From IMG/VR virus record IMGVR_UViG_3300009788_000100: DNA of 64,000 nt; one strand, written 5' to 3'. The stretch comes from a virus (lineage: Duplodnaviria > Heunggongvirae > Uroviricota > Caudoviricetes). Under the pieces are notes generated by a model. The model was given only the letters and a program-made list of their open reading frames with translations, did not search any database and was not told the DNA's origin. This document shows positions 56,731 to 64,000 of this stretch, piece by piece (the first letter of the stretch is position 1; every line of letters starts with the position of its first letter). Position numbers and translations under genes: made by a program.

Positions 56731-57519
56731 TCAAACACTTGGTAGCTCCTTCGGTGTTTCCTCTACAGTATCTTTAACCACCCAGCGAGTTGATTTGGGC
56801 CCAACAATTGCCTCTACCCCTAAATCGGCTCTTATACTGGGGTTGTTTTTCAGGGTGCGCTCAAAGTGAGCTCTGCCGTGGGAGCCCCAACCGGTTTTCC
56901 ATCCCTCTGCACTGCTGTCTCCAAAGAGCTCTTTAAGCGAACGCTTCTCCACTAGCCGGTGCAGTAGGGACCTTGGCAACCGCCGCCCACGGCGAATAGT
57001 TCTGTAGTAGCGGCGCAGTTCACCTAGGTACATTGAATACATCGGGCGGCTGTAGCGCCAAGCGTGAGCTGCCTCAACAACCCAGCGAGTAGCGAAGCCC
57101 CCTACTGCCGACATGGCGGCTAAGCAGCGGATAGTGTGGGGTTTAAGTCCAAGCTGTTCTTCAAGCCGGTGTACCTGGTAGCGCATATTACTAACACCAA
57201 GAATAAGCCCTTCTTTAGTGGGGGCAGTGATCGCTAAGTAAACCTTAGTTTCCAGTTGAACGTTTTTTTTGTACAATAGGGCGGCGTAAGAGGCGACCAC
57301 CTCGCGGCAGAGATGTCCTGTGTCAGAAACGCTCGTGGAGTAGTAGAATCCCTTGAAGGGGAGAATGCTAGCGCCGGAACCTATTTTATGATTATCTACC
57401 TTATCCTTGGTATCCGTCTCGTACCAGCTAAGCTCTTTGGTCATCTGTTTACCCGGCGGCCTTATTGTTATAGTCAATGCAGACATCGAGGCAGTTCTTG
57501 CGGCAAATTTCGTCTGCAA
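56731..57519 (-). CDS. hypothetical protein downstream of the radical SAM gene
   Basis: 262-aa ORF. Start overlaps the radical SAM gene's 3' end. Confidence 0.3.
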   Translation of the reverse strand: MQTKFAARTASMSALTITIRPPGKQMTKELSWYETDTKDKVDNHKIGSGASILPFKGFYYSTSVSDTGHLCREVVASYAALLYKKNVQLETKVYLAITAPTKEGLILGVSNMRYQVHRLEEQLGLKPHTIRCLAAMSAVGGFATRWVVEAAHAWRYSRPMYSMYLGELRRYYRTIRRGRRLPRSLLHRLVEKRSLKELFGDSSAEGWKTGWGSHGRAHFERTLKNNPSIRADLGVEAIVGPKSTRWVVKDTVEETPKELPSV

Positions 57520-58405
57520 AGGTGTTGTGTTCTTCCGCCCACTTTATTCTGTCGGTTCGCATTGAAGCACCTACAGTGCCGATAGAATCGCCATGTTCTC
57601 GCAGGTAGATAACACAGGGATAGTGTTTGTCGCCGTGAACAACGCTATCGTCTTTAAGCAGCGGGCAGCGGTGGTTATCCGTCTCTTTGATGCCCCGCAC
57701 GTTGCGACCATTAAGCAGGTTATTAACTCTGTACTTGAGTATTGGGTGGGCGCCCAAGACTTCCTGCCGCACAAGACGGAGAAACTTGAGATCCTCCTCA
57801 TTGTATTGAGCGGCGGTAATCAAGCGAATGTCAGCTACACCCAGCTCGTGGGCTGTTTCGATGATCTCCAAGGTACGCCCGATGTTACCCTCAGTGAGAA
57901 CAACGCCAGCAGTAACGTAAGTGATCTTCGACAGTTCCCTGATGTTGTTAGTAACTCGTTTCCAACTACCGGGTAGATCAGCAATAGCATCGCCGTCGCT
58001 AGCACAGCAAGCATCGAGGGAGATTGAAAAGTCGTTGACCCCAAGATCAACCAGAGTGAGGTAGTGTTTGAGGGGAAAGCTACCGTTGGTGGAGATGGCG
58101 ATACGCTCGACACCTCGCCCTCTAGCAAAGGCAACGAGGGCGAACAAGTACTTGCTTGTAAGCGGCTCGCCGCCGGAAAAGCGTACGTTGCGAAGCCCGT
58201 CGCTGCACCAGCTGTCTAGTGCCTTCATAGCTTGACTTACAGTGGTATCATCGCCACAACCCTCTTTGGGCCCTCGGCAGTAGTCACACTTGAAGTTACA
58301 CTTGTAAGTGAGAATCATCTCACAGCGCTGCATCGGGGAGATAGCGCTGGAGGTTTTAGCTCGGTGGTCGGTGAGAGTGTAAAAGCCAATGTCTTCAAGT
58401 TTCAC
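57449..58405 (-). CDS. radical SAM enzyme (MoaA / SPASM-twitch-like)
   Basis: 318 aa. ILTYKCNFKCDYC (CxxxCxxC), VRFSGGEPL (glycine-rich SAM motif), AISTNGSF, and C-terminal Cys clusters (CPLL...C...CRKNCLDVC) suggesting an auxiliary Fe-S cluster. Confidence 0.75.
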   Translation of the reverse strand: MKLEDIGFYTLTDHRAKTSSAISPMQRCEMILTYKCNFKCDYCRGPKEGCGDDTTVSQAMKALDSWCSDGLRNVRFSGGEPLTSKYLFALVAFARGRGVERIAISTNGSFPLKHYLTLVDLGVNDFSISLDACCASDGDAIADLPGSWKRVTNNIRELSKITYVTAGVVLTEGNIGRTLEIIETAHELGVADIRLITAAQYNEEDLKFLRLVRQEVLGAHPILKYRVNNLLNGRNVRGIKETDNHRCPLLKDDSVVHGDKHYPCVIYLREHGDSIGTVGASMRTDRIKWAEEHNTFADEICRKNCLDVCIDYNNKAAG

Positions 58406-58602
58406 TTTATCTCCGTGGGGTGTAAAGGAAGAACTTGTATTACTAGGTACTTATACCCCTCTTTATCTTTATCCCGCGTGATTGTACAAGCACGCTCTCC
58501 GAGTCTGTTAGGAAGGAAGACAACAACCTCTGCGGCGTCAGGTAAGCCTTTGATTATTTTTTTGAGGTCTTTTACAGTATTCCCCCCAGATTGAGTATTC
58601 AT
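58402..58602 (-). CDS. small ORF translationally coupled upstream of the radical SAM gene (candidate substrate peptide or RRE-like partner)
   Basis: 66 aa. Stop overlaps the radical SAM start (58402-58405). Confidence 0.3.
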   Translation of the reverse strand: MNTQSGGNTVKDLKKIIKGLPDAAEVVVFLPNRLGERACTITRDKDKEGYKYLVIQVLPLHPTEIK

Positions 58603-59319
58603 TCCCTGTTCCCTTTAGTAACGATCGTCGTCTTCACCAGGCAACAAACAGCGGTTATTATCCGCAGCCTCGAGCCTATGCAGGGCTCTAGAAGACTGTG
58701 TTTCCCAATACTCTCTGTTCTCCCTTGCTAATTTCTCGTCAAGATTTTCTTTTCGCTTGGAACAGCGCTTACACGGGCAACTTGGGCGCGCGCAGTTTTG
58801 ACAGCGAAACCCCCCAAGGGGGTGTTCCCAAATAGCACGTTTGTTACAAAGGTCGCACTCTTTGGGCCTAATCCTTTTCCACGATGACATTCAGTTACTT
58901 CCTTGCACAGGTACTATATCTCCGAAGTTGACGCCGCAGCGACGACAGGTAAGGTTCTGGGGAGAAATAATATCGTGCCCTTTCTCGTGGCATTCCGTCC
59001 ACTTGCCGGTATCTTTGAGCTCTTGTATGTGCTTCTTAATCCACTCAGGGGTGTCCTTGCTCATTTATCTTTCTTCGGTAGTCGCGGCCAGTGGTCCTCT
59101 TTTTCACTAAGGATGAGTGCCACAAGCACACCCACGAAGGTTCCGATTACCAGCATCGCCCAAGTGTAGTTGAAGGGGCTATAGCCACTCCAATCGATTC
59201 GCTTGACAGCTTTGTACTTATCCGCGTGGTGAATCGCTGTAGTGGCAATAAGCAATAGCAACCAAAGTGACGCCATTGCTAGTGCCAGGGAAAAAAAGTT
59301 TCTGTTTTGTTTCTGCACT

Positions 59320-60084
59320 TTATCCCTCTTCAACGTCTACAAGTTGTTGTATGTAGCCCCTGTCTTTACTAAATCTGGGAATGTCATTATCCTCTCCCCA
59401 GCTGTGGCGCGCAGTTGATACTACTTCGCCGTTTTGTACCACTTTTTGGAGAGAGGCGCCTCGTGTGATACAGAGTCCCCGCTTCTGTACAGTGGGGCAG
59501 GCATTCCAGTTGATCTCTCTCTGCAGCATCAACATATCCTGCATCGCCCCAAAGTCCTTTCCATGCAACTCCTTGTGGCTGAAGTGGGCCTGGGCCAGAG
59601 AAGCGACGGAGTTACGAGACGCATCCTGTTGCCGCCAAATAAAGTAATTGACTACCTCCTCCTTTGGTAAATTAAAAGCGCGGCAATCAAAGAGCCCCAT
59701 GATGCCACGCTCAGGGAAGACACGCAGAAAGAGGCTGTTGAAGCTGGCCGTAGCGATGCTGGCCGCCACTGAGCACATCTTCTGGACGCGGTTACCAAAC
59801 CAGGGCTGTGTTTGTAGGGTCCGGTAGTTTACCAGTAGGAGAGAAATTTCATCCGATTGTGTGTAGGCAATCTTAGCACCATCGATGTTTTCACACAGTG
59901 TCTGTGCAGTTAGTGCCATGCATTCATTGAAACGCCAGTCAATCGGTTTATCCATGCCCCTGGTTAAAGTGTGGAAAGCCTTACCATCGAGGCGGAGGAT
60001 GACCGGCATGCGGGGGACAAGGTAGCTGTCGGGGACCCCCTCATACTTCTTCATGCGGTTGCCGAGACTTGTTCTATCGCTCAT
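59320..60084 (-). CDS. Thg1-like protein (tRNA 3'-5' nucleotidyltransferase; tRNA-His guanylyltransferase family)
   Basis: 254 aa. YEGVPDSYLVPRMPVILRLDGKAFHTLT (compare Thg1 VVVRLDGRNFHRF), KIAYTQSDEISLL (compare AYGQSDEYSFVF), NYFIWRQQD (compare DYLSWRQAD). Confidence 0.75.
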   Translation of the reverse strand: MSDRTSLGNRMKKYEGVPDSYLVPRMPVILRLDGKAFHTLTRGMDKPIDWRFNECMALTAQTLCENIDGAKIAYTQSDEISLLLVNYRTLQTQPWFGNRVQKMCSVAASIATASFNSLFLRVFPERGIMGLFDCRAFNLPKEEVVNYFIWRQQDASRNSVASLAQAHFSHKELHGKDFGAMQDMLMLQREINWNACPTVQKRGLCITRGASLQKVVQNGEVVSTARHSWGEDNDIPRFSKDRGYIQQLVDVEEG

Positions 60085-60909
60085 GTTATGAACTCCACTT
60101 TGGAGGGGTGGAAGAGGCTTAACAGCATGCCATGACCGTCGAGGCGAACAACAATAACAGTGTCTCCCATATCGGTACAGTGGAGGCCAATAAATTTTCC
60201 CTCTTTATCTTCTACTTTTACTCGCCGTGCACCCATGCAACAGGTACAGTCTTCCGAGCACCCCACTGCTCTCTCTTCACAAGACTCTTCTTCGGTGCGG
60301 TCAGGGTGTGTGCACTTGCTGCCTGTATTCTCTTGGTTGGCTTGGTGTAGCCCATCAAAGGTTTCGAGAATACCTGGTAGAGAGCTGTAGTCGGGACGAT
60401 CCATTTTTTCGATGTTAGCGCAGATTATCGCTCGAAATTTTTCGCATGCGCTCATACATTATCCTTGAATTCTAGTCAACGGCTGTTGGTTAACATCGCG
60501 ACACAGCTCTCTATTGTGCCGAGAATAATGAGTAGGATGAGAAAGGTCCACCCCGGGTGTTCTTTTACGAATGCCCAAAAATTATCCATTGTTTTTCTCC
60601 TAGTCTAAAACCAAGCTTCTTTGTAGGGGCTGGCCCCGACAATTTCCTGAACTTCTCCTTCATGCAGCCTAGTATAGCGGGCGTTGCTCCAGCGAAACTC
60701 TTCGCCGGGTTTAGCAGCATCAAAGCGTTCTCTAAAGGTCCCAAGCAAGAAGCCGGTCATTTGACTGTACTCGCCCTGGCAACGAAAAGAACAGTAGGCA
60801 CCCTCCATGGACTCAGTAAAGGCGTTCTCAAGGACAGCGATGATAACTGTTTTTCCGCCTTTAACCTTCCGGTAACCACCGGCTATCTTTTTATCCGTTA
60901 GGTCGATCA

Positions 60910-61383
60910 TTACATTACTAGGATAAAGTAGATGATAGCATAGTGGGTAAAGTGGTGAGCCATTTGGTCAAAGCCGAGGCTCCACCAAAAGTATTTGTTG
61001 CCCCGCCTTTGTTTCTCAGTAGCTGTAGGGTAGTCCTTAGCCGTTAAAGATTTGTGTCTTCCAAGCAACTTAGGCGAAGCCTTTAACCTATCGACAAGGA
61101 AATGAACTGTGTGATCAAAGATGGCCGTTAGAATAGCAAGAGGCCAAGAAGAAAACACCAAAACAATAATGAAGGTAAGGGCGGCATGAACGCTGGCGTG
61201 GGCGTGGAGCGGACCGATGTAGTCGGGAGACGGTTTAAACTTGCCTAGCATGTACCCCGTTTGCAGGGGGTAATCAGCGAGAAAGTGTTTGACCTGAAAA
61301 ATAGCGAGGAGAATAAATACGGTAGTAATTTCCATTACGGCTCTACTCGTCCGCTTTGTTAATAAGCCAGGCGACGCCCCCAC
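60910..61383 (-). CDS. integral membrane protein
   Basis: 157 aa, 4 predicted hydrophobic helices. Confidence 0.35.
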   Translation of the reverse strand: MGASPGLLTKRTSRAVMEITTVFILLAIFQVKHFLADYPLQTGYMLGKFKPSPDYIGPLHAHASVHAALTFIIVLVFSSWPLAILTAIFDHTVHFLVDRLKASPKLLGRHKSLTAKDYPTATEKQRRGNKYFWWSLGFDQMAHHFTHYAIIYFILVM

Positions 61384-61493
61384 CTACCATGAAGAGTCCG
61401 TAAAGCACAGCTACCCCCGCTGCGGCGTCGCCTTTACCGGTGTAGGTAAAGAGGACACCAAGGGTAACAGCAATACCAGTCATAAATGTAAAC

Positions 61494-62726
61494 TTATCCA
61501 TCGTCTTCCTCCGCGTATTCGAGTACTTTTTTATCGGCTACATTCTTGAAAGCATTGAGTAGGTTAGCGTGCTGCTGCCATGCTCCAAACTGAGGCCCAT
61601 TACTAAAAGAAGGGCGCCACTGGTAACGGGTATTAGCCAGTATACTCTGAATAAAAGCTAATTCTGCGGCGCTGTCCAAGAAGTAGGTTTTATCTTCTTC
61701 AGACAGCTCCTCTCTTTTCAGGGAAGTTACTCTGAAAGCAGTAGCAAGGCCGACGGTGAAGGGAACCACATCGTCACAGAACACACGACTATAGGGTTCC
61801 TTACTGTGTCTCAGTGTAATCCTATCTAGTGCGGAAAAGTTACTGGCACCAGAGAGTTTATCCCAGATCTTCTCTGCCGAATTCCTATACGCTTCCAGCT
61901 TGACGGTTTTACCAAGCCAGTCTTCTGTTTCTAGAGTAATGAGGGCCTGCCAGATATCTTCCCGTATCATCACTTGCCCAACCAGTAGATTTTTGTCTGA
62001 TAGGTCGTTACTGAAGTGGTACTTCGATATTTTTGAGTTGGGGCGAATTAGAAGCTCTGCTTGGTTGGCGTAAGAGCCCGTTCCCCTGGTAACCATTGCC
62101 GCGTAACCGGCTGCTTTAGCTAAAGATTCTAGCTTAGCGAGTGGTTCACTCCCGTCACCGAAGGTACCATAACGAACGCGGATACGACCGTAGCCCTGGT
62201 CGTCATCAACCATTACGGTAGTTTTGCTATGGTTACCATCGAAAGGTGTAAACCCCCCTTGTAGGGCCAGTTCTTTGATATTCTCTAAGGTAGGTACCCC
62301 CTCGATAAGCTTTTGTTTGTGCGTGGTGAGCGACGGGATTGCGTTTTTTCCCAGCTCAGGGAAGATGGGGACATCTTGGCTAACATGGACTCTCCCCTCC
62401 CAAATAGCTGCTAGCAGGTGCCCAAAGTCCATCTCTTTGTGAACATCAATGTCGTGGCAGGAATTGTTCCCCCAGCCCCGCTCGATAACGTCAAGTTTAA
62501 GAGCGTCTAGCCAGGTCTGCTGTAGAGCCTCACTTTTAATTTCCTCGACGCTGCCGTAGTCATTGTAAACGGCACGGAGGGGGTAACCGCGAGGGAACCA
62601 GAGGTCATGAATGTAACAGCTAATGCTATCTGAGTAGGGACTCTTCGTGAGTAGAAGGTACCTTACTTCATCCCCACATTCAATCGGCAGCCCAGAGACC
62701 GCACAGGTCATTGCAAAAGATCCCAT
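61494..62726 (-). CDS. hypothetical protein
   Basis: 410-aa ORF, no motif recognised. Confidence 0.4.
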   Translation of the reverse strand: MGSFAMTCAVSGLPIECGDEVRYLLLTKSPYSDSISCYIHDLWFPRGYPLRAVYNDYGSVEEIKSEALQQTWLDALKLDVIERGWGNNSCHDIDVHKEMDFGHLLAAIWEGRVHVSQDVPIFPELGKNAIPSLTTHKQKLIEGVPTLENIKELALQGGFTPFDGNHSKTTVMVDDDQGYGRIRVRYGTFGDGSEPLAKLESLAKAAGYAAMVTRGTGSYANQAELLIRPNSKISKYHFSNDLSDKNLLVGQVMIREDIWQALITLETEDWLGKTVKLEAYRNSAEKIWDKLSGASNFSALDRITLRHSKEPYSRVFCDDVVPFTVGLATAFRVTSLKREELSEEDKTYFLDSAAELAFIQSILANTRYQWRPSFSNGPQFGAWQQHANLLNAFKNVADKKVLEYAEEDDG

Positions 62727-62729
62727 TAT

Positions 62730-63038
62730 TTACCTGTTCTCTCCCCCGGTGTCAATGCACCACGTGTAAATTTGTTTTGCACTTATCTTTTGGTTGCTAT
62801 TACCCTCAATGATGACTAAGTCTCTACAAGTACTGTTAACTGCGATAACACAAATACTGTGCTCGGCACTCCACCCGGGGTGGGCGCATTGCTCTACCTT
62901 CCCACTAATTGCACGGGCGTAATCGTTAGCTGCCGCTCGACGACGGTCCTTAAAATTGGAACAGCCTGTAGAATGGATACCCGCGGAGAGAATTCCCCCT
63001 AAAAGGGTAATGATCGCTAATAGAATTACGCTTTTCAT
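62730..63038 (-). CDS. small lipoprotein
   Basis: 102 aa, MKSVILLAIITLLGGILSAG...STGC. Confidence 0.35.
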   Translation of the reverse strand: MKSVILLAIITLLGGILSAGIHSTGCSNFKDRRRAAANDYARAISGKVEQCAHPGWSAEHSICVIAVNSTCRDLVIIEGNSNQKISAKQIYTWCIDTGGENR

Positions 63039-63061
63039 TAGTGGTTATCTCCCATCTCTTC

Positions 63062-63256
63062 CTAGGCTTCATAGCCGGAAGGCCGTTCTCCGATTGCTGC
63101 GTACATTTTCAACTCATACGTACGGAGAGGCATCGTCTCTCGACAACTAGGAAACTTGGAGCAGCCATAAAAAACTCTAGTCCCCTTTAGCTCTTGGTGG
63201 ACACGTTTCCGCATGTGCCCTGGACATTTGGGGCAGGATATTTTAAGTTGATCCAT
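63062..63256 (-). CDS. C4 zinc-ribbon protein (topoisomerase-type zinc finger)
   Basis: 64 aa. CPKCPGHM...FYGCSKFPSCRE matches the Topo-I C-terminal zf-C4 pattern CPxC...GCSxYPxC. Confidence 0.35.
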   Translation of the reverse strand: MDQLKISCPKCPGHMRKRVHQELKGTRVFYGCSKFPSCRETMPLRTYELKMYAAIGERPSGYEA

Positions 63257-63847
63257 TATTCCTCCCGGTGTATCTTTGAGCAGTGCTTCTTCTTACACGG
63301 GCAGTAACCGTGCTCAGCGAGGGCCCAGCTGTGGGTTGAACCGCACCAACAGACAGGGTAAGCTGAAGAGATTGCGTGGCGTGTGTGCTTCTTCCACTCG
63401 TGAGCGCGCTCTTTTTCTAAGCCCCGGAGCAGAGTATGAAGGTTGGCAATCTCCTCACTCAGAGCCGTAATCCTCTTGCGACTACTGCACGTCGGCTTTG
63501 CTGGCAACATCTAATTTCAGTCCTGTCTCTTATTTGGTAAAGCTTTTGCTCTAGGCAATTTAGGTTTGTTTAACCTAAACAATTTAGCTAGTAGTGGCCA
63601 CCGAATGTGGAAAGGAAGGCTCCAGCTACTACGATTATCTTCAGCTTGTTTCAAGGAGATCCAGTTATCGCATACCGGGCACTTAACTGCCTTTTTAATT
63701 ACTTCTTTACCATTTTTCGTAACTGTTTGCTCACTAAAATCTTCTCGTAAAACTGTATAAACTGCCCCGCATTCGGATACTTGAGTATAAACAGAGTCTG
63801 GGTTTAGATACGTAGGTAAACTCTTGACAATAAGCATGTGGCCCCTA

Positions 63848-64000
63848 TTTAAGTTTGATCTTCAGCCCCATCTTCTGCTTCATGTGCAGCAGAGCTTCAA
63901 CGTTGCCTCGACAGTCATCAACCGGGTGATGCGTGTGCTTGGTCTTACGCAAATACTTAAATGATTGAAAAGTATCGCTACGCATCCCTTTGAAGAGGGA
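63848..64000 (-). CDS. C-terminal end of a protein whose start lies beyond the window
   Basis: Open minus-strand frame from the window edge to the stop at 63848 (...HPVDDCRGNVEALLHMKQKMGLKIKLK*). Confidence 0.3.

Noticed and set aside
1-64000. CRISPR arrays, integrases/transposases, rRNA genes
   Set aside because: No direct-repeat/spacer periodicity, no recombinase motifs and no rRNA-like conserved blocks were seen anywhere in the window.

Overview
The window is densely packed with protein-coding genes, almost all on the minus strand. Gene content points to a fragment of a large ('huge' or 'jumbo') bacteriophage genome, probably with a Gram-negative host, since many predicted lipoproteins carry L-x-x-C lipoboxes. 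All calls below are by-eye motif recognition; no database search was run.

Main gene groups seen in the sequence:
- Replication and repair: a RuvB-like ATPase (partial), an SF2 helicase, two SSB paralogs, an AlkB-like dioxygenase, a DHH phosphoesterase, a UDG-like protein and a calcineurin-like phosphoesterase.
- Translation-related: a tmRNA (ssrA-like), a tRNA-Gln(TTG), several non-canonical tRNA-like elements, a free-standing HNH endonuclease on the plus strand, IF-1, peptide deformylase, a Thg1-like tRNA 5'-repair enzyme and a CCA-enzyme-head-like nucleotidyltransferase.
- Transcription: a compact 1057-aa protein carrying both beta-like (NCHGNKGV) and beta-prime-like (DFDGD) RNA polymerase motifs, which I interpret as a single-subunit two-barrel RNAP.
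- A translationally coupled operon (1351-10515) of GNAT, ATP-grasp, YbdK/GCS2-like carboxylate-amine ligases (amidoligases), two class-II glutamine amidotransferases (MCGIVG N-termini) and unknown proteins. A second locus (25289-31267) has two class-I GATases plus a third amidoligase, and a gamma-glutamyl cyclotransferase-like gene lies at 44 kb. Together this looks like a phage-borne biosynthetic or modification system of unknown product (peptide tag, metabolite or DNA-base hypermodification).
- Other: a radical-SAM/SPASM-like enzyme coupled to small ORFs, three HEVGH metallopeptidase paralogs, three tandem zinc-ribbon paralogs, an IscA/HesB homolog, an M50 site-2 protease, and clusters of small lipoproteins.
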